The notes under the pieces are model-generated. The model was not told the DNA's origin and did not search any database. It worked only from the letters and a program-made list of their open reading frames with translations. 64,000 nt of DNA from Alphaproteobacteria bacterium (GTDB taxonomy: Bacteria; Pseudomonadota; Alphaproteobacteria; SP197), in assembly GCA_964291415.2 (NCBI GenBank), contig OZ219918.1, positions 1 to 64,000 of the forward strand, in the 5' to 3' direction. The translations under genes were made by a program, and so were the position numbers. Shown one piece after another: positions 31,832 through 41,197 of the stretch; within the stretch, counting starts at the first letter, position 1; each line of letters starts with the position of its first letter.

Positions 31832-32158
31832 TCAGGCCCGGCCGGTGGCCTCGCCGTCGGCGAAGAGTTTCGAGCCCCTCTCGTCGATGATCTGCTTTGC
31901 CTTGCGAACCGAATTGGTCACGGCATCCTCATGCGTCGCGAACGTGTCGGCGCGGGTGAAGGTGCGCTCCCGGTCGCCTTCTTCGCGTTGCTGGATGATG
32001 GTGCCTGCGATTCGCCATTGCTGTCCCTCGCGTTCCGGCGCCGGGTGAATGAGAAACCCTTCGTAGGCCTCGGCCTCGTCGCTTCCGGCGGGTTGCTTCT
32101 CCTCACCGCCCGACTGCCCGGTGAGGCCTTTGAGAATTCGCGATACGAACGACGCCAT
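31832..32158 (-). CDS. HlyU family protein (alphaproteobacterial type)
   Basis: YEGFLIHPAP..GQQWRIAGTI, FTRADTF and KAKQIIDERG.LF. Confidence 0.82.
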   Translation of the reverse strand: MASFVSRILKGLTGQSGGEEKQPAGSDEAEAYEGFLIHPAPEREGQQWRIAGTIIQQREEGDRERTFTRADTFATHEDAVTNSVRKAKQIIDERGSKLFADGEATGRA

Positions 32159-32459
32159 GATCGGCATCCCTGTTGTCCCAGGGTCCAGACAACCACCTGA
32201 CCGCGGTGAAGTCCACTGTCTCAACCCCATGCTGTTCGAACCAAGGACTGCGTCGGCCACCTCGAGTCCATCCCTTGACAGTCCTGGCGAACAGGACAAG
32301 GCGCATGGACCGACGTACCGGACCACGAAACCGAAGCACCCGCCCCTGCACAGAGCCCGCCGGATAGGGGCCGCGCGCCGAGCGATGGATCCGGAAACGG
32401 TTCAGGCAGGGGACCCGGTGCGGGAAGGCGCTCTCCGCCGATCACGCGCCGCCGGCAAA

Positions 32460-32629
32460 GCAATCGTCGACGACACCAGCGTCTTCATGCAGCAAGCAAG
32501 CCGCAGGCGGCCCTGTGTGACAGTTCCCCGTTCTCCAGCTGCTCCAACCCCTTCTCTTCTGTCTACTGCATAGTCAGTCAGATAGCGTCGAAGGGGCGCC
32601 GGGGTTTCGTGATCAAACAGGACCTTCAC
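32460..32629 (-). pseudogene. DUF5615/PIN-like toxin remnant
   Basis: GTG 32629 overlaps the DUF433 stop and reads VKVLFDHETPAPLRRYL, then frameshifts to EKGLEQLENGEL. The end coordinate is approximate. Confidence 0.7.
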
Positions 32630-32853
32630 GCCGCGACGGTCTCCTTGAGAGACTCCGTTTCGTGCCTGAGAACGGCTGTTACCTGCCACTCCTTGACCTC
32701 GGGAAACCACTCCAGGAAGTCATTGACGGTGGCACCGCTCTCAAGGTTCTCGAAGAGCGCATAAACCGGCACCCGGGTTCCTGTGAAAGCCCAGGCGCCA
32801 CTGATCTTGCGAGGGTTGCGCTCTACCGCCGGGCAATCCTTCCAGTCGGTCAT
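32626..32853 (-). CDS. DUF433 domain antitoxin-like protein
   Basis: WKDCPAVERNPRKISGAWAFTGTRVPV.ALFENLESGATV.DFLEWFP. Confidence 0.88.
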   Translation of the reverse strand: MTDWKDCPAVERNPRKISGAWAFTGTRVPVYALFENLESGATVNDFLEWFPEVKEWQVTAVLRHETESLKETVAA

Positions 32854-32929
32854 GGCGTGTTCTCTTCTCCCTGAGTATCGATTCACATGAACTGCCATCG
32901 GACCGGACATCATCGCTTCCATCGCAGTT

Positions 32930-33073
32930 GGCAACAACGCTCAACTCTGGAAAACGGGTTGCAGCGTCACGTGCGTCAAGCTTGCCAGTGCGGGCGTCGA
33001 TTCGGTCGATGATGGCGTCAGGACGATAACCTGCTTCCAATTCTCCAGCAGCGCCATCAGGTTTTCCGTGGCA
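32930..33073 (-). pseudogene. Type I R-M specificity subunit (hsdS) relic, 3' part
   Basis: ATENLMALLENWKQVIV and, in another frame, RTGKLDARDAATRFPE resemble the conserved HsdS coiled-coil and C-terminus. Confidence 0.6.
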
Positions 33074-33247
33074 CTTGAACGAAGGGCCGCTTCGCGGCCA
33101 TGGGTGCTGTGATCGGGTTCCGTGGCGCGTGATCGACGTGAATGGTGTGGAGGGAGCGGGGTCCTTGCTGTTCCGATGATCTAAGAGGGGATTCACACTT
33201 CCTGGTCTCCCGACTGTTCGGGAGGACGATCAACCAGGGAGTGAGAG

Positions 33248-34105
33248 ATGAAGGCAAGGGAAGTATCCCCTCTTCGCCAGAAGACGCTCGACGTGATGAC
33301 GATGAAGGGGCTGTCGCCTGTCACGCAGAAGCACTATCTGCGCGAGATTGCGAAGTTCGACCGCCACACCGGACATCAGCTGGACGTGCAGACGGACGAC
33401 GCGATCAGGGACTGGGTTCTGATGCTGATTGACGGTGGTCTGTCGCCGCGCACGACCAATGTCACCGTGGCGGCGTTGCGTCTGTTCTACGACACTGTTC
33501 TCGGTCAGCCGGAGAAGGTCGCGACTCTGCGCTTTCGCCATGTCCCCGATCGCTTGCCCCGGACGATGCCGGAAGAGGATGTGGAGCACCTGATCCAGGC
33601 GATGACAGACATGCGCTACCGCATGGCGACCCTTGTGGCCTACGGCTCGGCGCTGCGTGTCTCCGAGGTGGTGTCGCTGCAGATCCCGGACATCCGGCGC
33701 AACGAGTGCCTCCTGCGCATCCGCAAGGGCAAGGGCAACCGCGAGCGCATGGCCTACCTGCCCGAGGCCGTGCTCGGGGAACTGGAGCGCTACTGGAGGA
33801 CCACCTGGCCGCGTCCCACAAGCTGGCTCTTCTACCGCAAGACGCCCGATGAGCCGATCACCGCGAGCGCCCTGCACGGCGCCTTCAGGAAGGCCCGCGA
33901 CCAACTCGGACTTGATCGCGGGCTCACCTTCCATTGCCTGCGGCACGCGGCCGCGACACACCTTCTCGAAGGGGGTGCGTCGCAGAGTGTCGTGCAGGAT
34001 GTCCTGGGACACAAGTCCCCGGAGTCCACCAGGGTCTATGCCCGCACCACGTCCGTGATGTTCCGTTCCCTCGACCATCCGGTGGGGAGGTTCCTGACCG
34101 CCTGA
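33248..34105 (+). CDS. Tyrosine recombinase/integrase
   Basis: N-terminal SAM-like domain, YGSALRVSE (R), GKGNRER (K), HCLRH, VLGH and TRVY. Confidence 0.93.
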   Translation: MKAREVSPLRQKTLDVMTMKGLSPVTQKHYLREIAKFDRHTGHQLDVQTDDAIRDWVLMLIDGGLSPRTTNVTVAALRLFYDTVLGQPEKVATLRFRHVPDRLPRTMPEEDVEHLIQAMTDMRYRMATLVAYGSALRVSEVVSLQIPDIRRNECLLRIRKGKGNRERMAYLPEAVLGELERYWRTTWPRPTSWLFYRKTPDEPITASALHGAFRKARDQLGLDRGLTFHCLRHAAATHLLEGGASQSVVQDVLGHKSPESTRVYARTTSVMFRSLDHPVGRFLTA

Positions 34106-34108
34106 TCC

Positions 34109-35314
34109 TTGGCCCTTCCCAGCCCCGGCGTGGCAGACATCATGCGCCACGCCGGGCCCGGCTTCCGCGAACGCCACGCGGGACGTCTCGACGCGCTCTC
34201 GCGTGACGTGCTCTCGAGCATCGCGCGCTGCCGCACGGCGGAACTCGGTGGTCACCTCTACCAGTGCCCGCACTGCGAGCGCTTCCATGTCGCCTGGCAT
34301 GCGTGCGGCAACCGTCACTGCCCCTCCTGCCAGGGCGCTGCGGCGCGGGCATGGATGACGAGGCAGGTCGGCGATGTGCTGCCCGTGCCCTACTTCCACG
34401 TCGTCTTCACCCTGCCGCCATCCATCGCCAGGATCGCCTTCCAGAACCGAAAGACCGCGTTCGCCATCCTGTTCCGCACCGCCGCCGACACCATCAAGAC
34501 CATCAGCGCCGATCCCCGCCGCTTCGCCGCCCATGTCGGCGGCACCGCCGTGCTGCACACCTGGAACCAGAAGATGGAATGGCATCCCCACCTCCACTGC
34601 CTCGTCCCCAACGGCGGCTTCGACGTCACCACCGGCGCGTGGAAGACAGGCTCCCCTCACTTCTTCGCACCCGTGCGCGTCCTGGCACGCTTCTTCCGCA
34701 ACCGCTTCCTCGAGAACCTGGCGAAGGCCGATCTCGCCTTCCACGGCTCCATCGCCCACCTCGCCGACCGCAAAGCCCTCGAGGCCGTGCTGCGCGAAGC
34801 GCGCACGATCGCGTGGAACGTCTACGCCAAGCGGCCCTTCAACGGGCCCGACGCCGTCATCCGCTACCTCTCCAGGTACACCCACCGGATCGCCATCTCG
34901 GATGCCCGTATCCTCGCCTTCGACGGCGACACCGTCACCATGCGTCACCGCAAGCCGGTCGCGAAGGCCGGGGAGAAGCCCTCCTACGGCACCATGACTC
35001 TCGGGACCGACGCCTTCATCAGGCGCTTCCTCCTCCATCGCCTGCCCAGAGGACTGCACCGCATCCGCCACTTCGGCATCCTCGCCAACGGGTGCCGCGC
35101 CAGGACCCTCGACGCCGTGCGCTCATCCACCGGCGCCACGCCCGATATCACCGACAACGCCACCGGCGAGAACGTCAGGGTCTGCGCCCACTGCGGCGCC
35201 CCCTTGCGGCTCGTTCTCGACTTCGGCCGCAAGCGTCTCTCTCCCGACAAACGCGCGTTGGTCGACGCCCTGCTGCGCCAACGTGGGCCTCCCACGCCGG
35301 AGCCAACGCCATGA
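34109..35314 (+). CDS. IS91 family transposase (Y2 HUH)
   Basis: CRTAELGG..CPHC, CGNRHCPSCQ, YFHVVFTLP, LHTW..WHPHLH, YLSRY and RIRHFG; TTG start. Confidence 0.93.
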   Translation: MALPSPGVADIMRHAGPGFRERHAGRLDALSRDVLSSIARCRTAELGGHLYQCPHCERFHVAWHACGNRHCPSCQGAAARAWMTRQVGDVLPVPYFHVVFTLPPSIARIAFQNRKTAFAILFRTAADTIKTISADPRRFAAHVGGTAVLHTWNQKMEWHPHLHCLVPNGGFDVTTGAWKTGSPHFFAPVRVLARFFRNRFLENLAKADLAFHGSIAHLADRKALEAVLREARTIAWNVYAKRPFNGPDAVIRYLSRYTHRIAISDARILAFDGDTVTMRHRKPVAKAGEKPSYGTMTLGTDAFIRRFLLHRLPRGLHRIRHFGILANGCRARTLDAVRSSTGATPDITDNATGENVRVCAHCGAPLRLVLDFGRKRLSPDKRALVDALLRQRGPPTPEPTP

Positions 35315-35615
35315 CGGGCCCGGCATGCCCGAGCCTGCGGTGTACGCACCGCCACACGGCTCCGCGCCCTCGTGGCGCCGGATCGCCGCCAACAGCGTGT
35401 CGGCGCCCCACGTCAGGCCGACCGTCCGTGTCCCACAGGCTCGGCACGCCGCGCCGTGGGCCGAACGTCGCTGTCAGGAGCCGTACAACACGCCGCTTCG
35501 CGCGTCCGTAATCGACGCTTCCTTCACACTTTATCCATGGAAAGAACGAGCCCGCGCGGCCTTCGTTCAAACCTGCTTAGCGACGGCGCTCCGGCCGTCA
35601 CTAACCAGAATCTTG

Positions 35616-35671
35616 TAGCGGTCGATGAGGCCGGTGGCGTGGTCCAGGAAACGGGTGATGGCTGTTTGCTC
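35616..35671 (-). pseudogene. Type I R-M hsdS relic, 5' part
   Basis: EQTAITRFLDHATGLIDRY matches the HsdS EQxxIxxFLD helix and runs into the IS91 end. Confidence 0.6.
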
Positions 35672-35768
35672 AAACACGGTTGCGAAACAAGCCGTTCCGA
35701 ACAGAGTGCTCACATCACAGGGTGCATGGAACGATGCACCGACCCTGGAGACCGAAACATCGCGAGGT

Positions 35769-37292
35769 CTAATCGAGTGCCGATGCAACCAGTTCGGCAA
35801 AGGCGCCGTCGCGCACCATCGCCGAGACCGCCTCGATGTCCGGCGCCATCAGACGGTCCTCGTCCCAGAAGGGCACCTGCTGTCGGACCAGTTCGTGCGC
35901 CCGCGCCAACGTCGTGGAGGTCCAGAGCGGCTGGCGGAAATCGATCCCCTGGGCCGCTGCCAGCAGTTCGACGGCGATGATATCGGCGAGGTTGTCGTTC
36001 ATGCCGGCGAGTCGGCGCGCCGCATGGGTTGCCATGGACACGTGATCCTCCTGGTTGGCCGAAGTCGGCATGCTGTCGATGGAGGCTGGCGCCGCTCGTT
36101 GCTTGTTCTCGGCGGCAAGTGCGGCAGCGGTGACATGGGCGATCATGAAGCCGGAGTTGACGCCGCTGTCCTCGACCAGGAAAGGCGGCAGCGAACTCAT
36201 GCTGCCGTTCGTGAGCAGCGCCGTGCGCCGTTCGGACATCGATCCGATCTCGGCCAGCACCAGGGCGAGGATATCGGCTGCCATGGCCACCGGCTGGGCA
36301 TGGAAGTTTCCGCCCGAAAGGACGTCACCCTCGTCGCAGAACACCAGTGGATTGTCGGTCACCGCGTTGGCCTCGCGGACCAGCACATCGCCGACCGATC
36401 GCAGATGATCGAGACAGGCGCCCATGACCTGAGGCTGACACCTCAGCGAATAGGGGTCCTGCACCCGATCGCAATCCTCGTGCGACTTGCGGATTTCGCT
36501 GCCGCTCAGGAGGGTGTGGTAGACGCCTGCGACCCTGGTCTGCCCGACCTGCCCGCGTGCCGCGGAAATGCGCGGGTCGAAGGGCGTGTCGGCGCCCAGG
36601 GACGCATCAACCGAAAGCGCGCCGGCCACGACGGCCGCCGCAAAGTTGCGTTTTGCCCGGATCAGGCCATCAAGCGCCAGCGCCGCCGAGACCTGCGTTC
36701 CGTTGAGCAGTGCCAGACCCTCCTTGGCGGCAAGCGTCACCGGCTCGAGGCCGACACGCTCGAGCGCCGTGGAGGCGGGGACTGTCTCGCCAGCCATGCG
36801 GACCTGGCCGTAGCCAAGGAGAACGGCGCTGAGATGGGCCAGAGGGGCCAGGTCGCCGGACGCGCCAACCGATCCCTTGGCCGGAATGACAGGGAGCGCA
36901 TCGTGGTTGTAGAGCCGGACAAGCGCCTCGATTGTCGTGCGCTGGCACCCGGAAAGGCCAAGGGCGAGCGCGTTGATCTTGAGTGCGAGAACCAGTCGCA
37001 CGATGGAGTCGGGCAGGGGCGCACCGGTGCCGGCCGCATGGCTGAGGACGATGCGTCTTTGCAGGTCGTTGATGCGGTCGCGCGAGATCGCTGTCCGCGC
37101 GAGGCTGCCGAATCCGGTGTTGATGCCGTAGACCCTGGCGTCGCCCGCGGCAACATCGAGTACGAGCCTTGCCGAACGCTCGACCTCGGCCCAGGCCTGC
37201 TCCTCGACGGCCACGGCAAGCCCACCCGACAGAAGGCGCTCGATGTCGGTAAGTGACAGCGCTCCCGGCGTCAGGGTCAGGGTCTCGGGCAT
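35769..37292 (-). CDS. hutH: Histidine ammonia-lyase
   Basis: YGINTGFG, GSVGASGDLAPL (MIO), VQDPYSLRCQPQV, GGNFHA and ANQEDHVSM. Confidence 0.96.
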   Translation of the reverse strand: MPETLTLTPGALSLTDIERLLSGGLAVAVEEQAWAEVERSARLVLDVAAGDARVYGINTGFGSLARTAISRDRINDLQRRIVLSHAAGTGAPLPDSIVRLVLALKINALALGLSGCQRTTIEALVRLYNHDALPVIPAKGSVGASGDLAPLAHLSAVLLGYGQVRMAGETVPASTALERVGLEPVTLAAKEGLALLNGTQVSAALALDGLIRAKRNFAAAVVAGALSVDASLGADTPFDPRISAARGQVGQTRVAGVYHTLLSGSEIRKSHEDCDRVQDPYSLRCQPQVMGACLDHLRSVGDVLVREANAVTDNPLVFCDEGDVLSGGNFHAQPVAMAADILALVLAEIGSMSERRTALLTNGSMSSLPPFLVEDSGVNSGFMIAHVTAAALAAENKQRAAPASIDSMPTSANQEDHVSMATHAARRLAGMNDNLADIIAVELLAAAQGIDFRQPLWTSTTLARAHELVRQQVPFWDEDRLMAPDIEAVSAMVRDGAFAELVASALD

Positions 37293-37707
37293 AAGTCCCT
37301 CCTCAAGCAGCGGCATTCGCCGTGTTTACACCGTACCGGACCGATACGAATAGCGCCGGAACAGTCATCGTGGGAACAGGAGTCCGGCAAGACGCGGTGC
37401 AGCCGGCCTGATCTGACACGCTGACACCTTGGGCGCGCAGCGCATCGGGGAAGTTTGTTCAACCATCTGCATTGCGCGCGTCGGGGCTCGCCGGGGATCT
37501 CAGGGCCGAAGCGGGCATCGTCAAGGTGGCGATGCGCCAAACGGAACACGACGGGAAGCAGTCCCTCCAATGATCATCCGCAAGGAAATCTCCCGCCCTG
37601 CTGGGGACCCGGATCACACGTGCCCCTTCGTGGCGCGGAATCAGCTTGGCCGGGTTCAGGACTGCAGGCTTTCGATGTCTGGCCGCCGTGGTTGAGGACT
37701 CGGATGG

Positions 37708-38850
37708 TCAGACCGGATCCATCAGCGAGATGGCCTCGGCCATGGCGATGGTTTCGAGCTGGTAGGAGAAATCGGCGGCACTGTCGTCCTCGAGGACACT
37801 GAAGAACGCCACCACGGTGCCGCTGTCGGGATCAACGAAGAGAAACTGGCCACCCCAGCCGCCGTGTCCGATCCAGCGGCCGTTGGTGCGCATCTGGTTG
37901 CCGTAGGTGATGTGGTCGGCCGGTGGCGCGTAGCGCGGACCGGTCTGCGCGCGGGTTGCGTTGATGAAGGCCTCGCTGCCGACCTTTTCGCCGTGGATGC
38001 CCCGGCCGCCGCGAACGAAGATGAGACCATAGCGCGCCAGGTCGCGGGCGCTCATCGACACTCCGCCGTTGAGGTTGGGCACGCCGTCGCGGTCGCACGA
38101 CAGCCAGAACGTGTCCTCCATGCCCGCACCCTCGACGATGTCGATGAAGTGATATCTGAGAGGCGTCTTCGTGACACGTTCGGCGACCCAGCCGACGACA
38201 TCGGTGTTCGCCGACTTGTACTGCGGCTCGCCGGAACGGTTGGCGAGGTCATCGCTTGCAATGCTGCAGAGAAATGACCGGTTGACGGGTTCTGCCCCGT
38301 CATCAGCCGGCAACCGCCAGCCCATGGCGGCTCCATGGTCGAGGAGGGCAGTGGTCATCGGATCGGAATAGTCTTCCGCGTAGTCGTTGACGATGTTCAT
38401 GTCCATGACGTCCTGGACGGTCGCGTCCGCGTAGCCGCTGCCGATCTCCGGCAGGTGCTCGCCGACGCGTGAGCGCATGTCGAGACGCCCCTCCTCGACG
38501 AGGCGGCCGATCAGCAGGTTCATGGCCGTCTTCGAGATGGACATGACCGTGTGGGGCCGGTCGGGACCGAAGTCGGGCGCGTAGTGCTCGAACACGAGCT
38601 CGTCGTGTCGCAGCACCACCATGGCGGAAAAGTAGGTGGTGCCTGTCAGGCGCCGGACCTCGGGCATGTCGCCGATCCGCCGGTCGATCCGGCGGTTGAG
38701 TGTCAGAATGTTCGGGCTCCTCAGGAAGAGGCCATAGCGCGTCAGGCGCCACAGATTGTGGAACCCCCGACGCCGGTTGCTGGACGTGACCCATGCTTCC
38801 CGCTGATCCGGGCCGACAGTGAGGTCGGGATTGGCAATGATGGTGCTCAT
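37708..38850 (-). CDS. Serine hydrolase, beta-lactamase family (6-aminohexanoate-dimer hydrolase-like)
   Basis: SxxK (SISK), YKSANTD, SARDLARYG and HGGWGGQ. Confidence 0.85.
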   Translation of the reverse strand: MSTIIANPDLTVGPDQREAWVTSSNRRRGFHNLWRLTRYGLFLRSPNILTLNRRIDRRIGDMPEVRRLTGTTYFSAMVVLRHDELVFEHYAPDFGPDRPHTVMSISKTAMNLLIGRLVEEGRLDMRSRVGEHLPEIGSGYADATVQDVMDMNIVNDYAEDYSDPMTTALLDHGAAMGWRLPADDGAEPVNRSFLCSIASDDLANRSGEPQYKSANTDVVGWVAERVTKTPLRYHFIDIVEGAGMEDTFWLSCDRDGVPNLNGGVSMSARDLARYGLIFVRGGRGIHGEKVGSEAFINATRAQTGPRYAPPADHITYGNQMRTNGRWIGHGGWGGQFLFVDPDSGTVVAFFSVLEDDSAADFSYQLETIAMAEAISLMDPV

Positions 38851-39809
38851 GTGGTTTCTCCTCTCGGAACGACTTCCTGGCCGGGTTCTTCCGGTTCGTC
38901 GTCGATCATCTCCGCCGGAAATCCGGGGGCAAGAACCGAGACGCCGCAGGCTTCCTCGAGCCTGCGGATGATGTTGGGCGACCATTCCCTCGGGCCGTAA
39001 CGCGCCTCGCCATCCTGGAAGATCTCGACCAGCTTCGGCGCGACCTCGACAGGGACCCCGGCCCGTTCGGCGATAGTCCGGAAGATTCCGATATCCTTCG
39101 ACACGAGGTCCATCGTGAAGTTGATGTCGCGGCTGCCGTTGAGGATCACCTGGCTCTCGGTCTCGTGGACGAACGAGTTGCCCGAGGAAATGCGGATCGC
39201 CTCGTAGGTGGTGGAAAGGTCCATGCCGGCCATCTTCGAGGTGACGAGAGCCTCAGAGAGGGAGACGAGATTGGCCGTGGCCAGGTAGTTGGTGACCACC
39301 TTGAGGATGGATGCGGAACCCAGCGGGCCGGTATGAAGGATGCGCCGGCCCATCGCCTTGAGCAGAGGCAGCATGCGCTCGAAGACGCGGCGCTCGCAGC
39401 CGGCGAAGATGGCAATGTTGCCTGTCGCAGCCCTGTGGCATCCACCGGAGACGGGACAGTCCACCGCGTCACCGCCCGCAGCCTCGACAAGCGCTGCGAG
39501 GCGGCGGACTTCCGCTTCGTCGGTGGTGCTCATTTCCGCCCAGATGCTTTCCGGGCGAAGGCCGGCGAGGATGCCGTCCTCCGCCTCCATGACGCTCGTC
39601 GAGGCTGCTGGAGAGGGCAGGCACGTGATCACGACGTCGCACGTGCGGGCCATGTATTCAGGGCTCTCTGCCCAGGCGGCGCCGTTCTCGACGAATGGGT
39701 GGGCGGCATCGCGATCGAGATCCCTCACCACGAGTTCGAACCCGTTGCGCTGGAGGCTTCCCGCGAGCTTGCCTCCCACATTGCCCAGCCCGATGAAACC
39801 GACCTTCAT
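38847..39809 (-). CDS. NAD(P)-dependent oxidoreductase, 3-hydroxyisobutyrate dehydrogenase family
   Basis: MKVGFIGLGNVG, DCPVSGG and LKVVTNY. Confidence 0.9.
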   Translation of the reverse strand: MKVGFIGLGNVGGKLAGSLQRNGFELVVRDLDRDAAHPFVENGAAWAESPEYMARTCDVVITCLPSPAASTSVMEAEDGILAGLRPESIWAEMSTTDEAEVRRLAALVEAAGGDAVDCPVSGGCHRAATGNIAIFAGCERRVFERMLPLLKAMGRRILHTGPLGSASILKVVTNYLATANLVSLSEALVTSKMAGMDLSTTYEAIRISSGNSFVHETESQVILNGSRDINFTMDLVSKDIGIFRTIAERAGVPVEVAPKLVEIFQDGEARYGPREWSPNIIRRLEEACGVSVLAPGFPAEMIDDEPEEPGQEVVPRGETT

Positions 39810-39967
39810 GATGGAATGCTCCGCGCCACGATCACGAAATCCTGCACTGCCGCCAGACCGGTGTCGACACGTTCCCGTGCATCGTTGCCGGTCCTGTGTC
39901 CCTTGACCGGCGCCGGAGCCGGCCATGACAATGGCCAAAGAGACCGGGAAGGCTCCGGGAGGAACCA

Positions 39968-40954
39968 GTGAGCGACGAGCGCGACATCTTCTGGGACGAA
40001 AGGGACCTCCCTGGACCGACGCGAGACCCGTCACGGCTCAAGCGTGACATGGACCGGTGGGGGTACTGCATGATTGCCGAGGCCGTGGCCGGCGACACGC
40101 TGCGGGTCATGCGCGAACGCCTCGAGGAGCTCGCCGAAACCGAGGCGGGAATGGGCGATCATGTCTTTGCCGACAGGGTCAACGCCGCCGACAGCGACAA
40201 CCAGTGGATCCTCATGCTCGTCAACAAGGGCGAGGACTTCCTGCGTGCGGTCGATCATCCCGACACCCGGCCGATTCTCGAGCACCTGCTGGGCCCCGGG
40301 TACCTGCTGAGCGAATCGTCAGCGCACCTCACCCGTCCGGGCAATCCGGCGATGGCGCTCCACACGGACCAGTGGTGGATGCCGCCGCCCGTGATGCCGG
40401 GAGAGCGTCATCAGCCCGGCGGCACGATCACCCGCGAGGGAGCGGTTCAGGGACCACTCAGGAAGGCAACTCGACCGATCGCGGCCCCTATGGTCGCCCA
40501 GAACATGCTCTTCGTCTCGGACTTCACGGAAGCCAACGGCGCTACCCGCCTGGTGCCGGGGAGCCACATGACCGGCAGTCAGCCGGACCAGTCCGTGCCT
40601 CAGGTGGTGCCCTCGATCGCCGCCGAGGGACCGGCGGGCACGATCGCGATCTGGGAGGGCCGGACCTGGCATTCGGCGGGTCCCAACACCTCGAACGAGA
40701 CACGCTACGGGATGCCGACGCTCTATGCCGCACCCCAGATGCGGACACTCATGAACTTCACGCTCGGCACCCGCACCCGCATCGTGGATGAGGCACCGGA
40801 GCGCCTGCGCCAGCTTCTCGGGTTCAGGATCTGGAGCGGCTACGGCTCGACCGGCGAAATGGGCGCCCAATGGGCCCGTTCAGGCGACGCAATTGAGGCC
40901 GACACGGACCGCCACAATCCTGCGGATTCGACCGTCAAACCCGCTTCCAAGTGA
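39968..40954 (+). CDS. Phytanoyl-CoA dioxygenase (PhyH) family protein
   Basis: LHTDQWW (HxD), DFTEANGATRLVPGSH and GRTWHSAGPN..R. Confidence 0.9.
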   Translation: MSDERDIFWDERDLPGPTRDPSRLKRDMDRWGYCMIAEAVAGDTLRVMRERLEELAETEAGMGDHVFADRVNAADSDNQWILMLVNKGEDFLRAVDHPDTRPILEHLLGPGYLLSESSAHLTRPGNPAMALHTDQWWMPPPVMPGERHQPGGTITREGAVQGPLRKATRPIAAPMVAQNMLFVSDFTEANGATRLVPGSHMTGSQPDQSVPQVVPSIAAEGPAGTIAIWEGRTWHSAGPNTSNETRYGMPTLYAAPQMRTLMNFTLGTRTRIVDEAPERLRQLLGFRIWSGYGSTGEMGAQWARSGDAIEADTDRHNPADSTVKPASK

Positions 40955-41197
40955 CGATATCAGGCCAAGCGATGCCGAATGAAACATGGTCCTTAACCCA
41001 ACGCACATGAACCGGTCGGACCGTTGAGGTGACAGGGGGTCACTCGGGATCGCCCGTGCAATTCGGCACTTGTGGAGGATCACGGGCGTCATGCGTTCCG
41101 TCACTGGGGATAGGTTTTCGGTCATGGACCACAGGGCATGCGACAATCACATGCCGGTCGGTTATCAAGGAACCAGCGGTTGAATAGGGAATGAGCG

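Larger units (their letters stand above)
33074..35611 (+). mobile_element. IS91-family rolling-circle element with a tyrosine recombinase gene
   Basis: Recombinase plus Y2 transposase; CTTG at the left end (33074-33077) and just after the right end (35612-35615); hairpin at 35573-35608; splits an hsdS relic. Confidence 0.8.

Noticed and set aside
33230-35071. 613-aa minus-strand ORF and other long antisense ORFs (for example 17309-19243, 25534-27222, 52310-54199, 54335-56188)
   Set aside because: Shadow frames opposite well-supported genes in GC-rich DNA, with no recognisable motifs.
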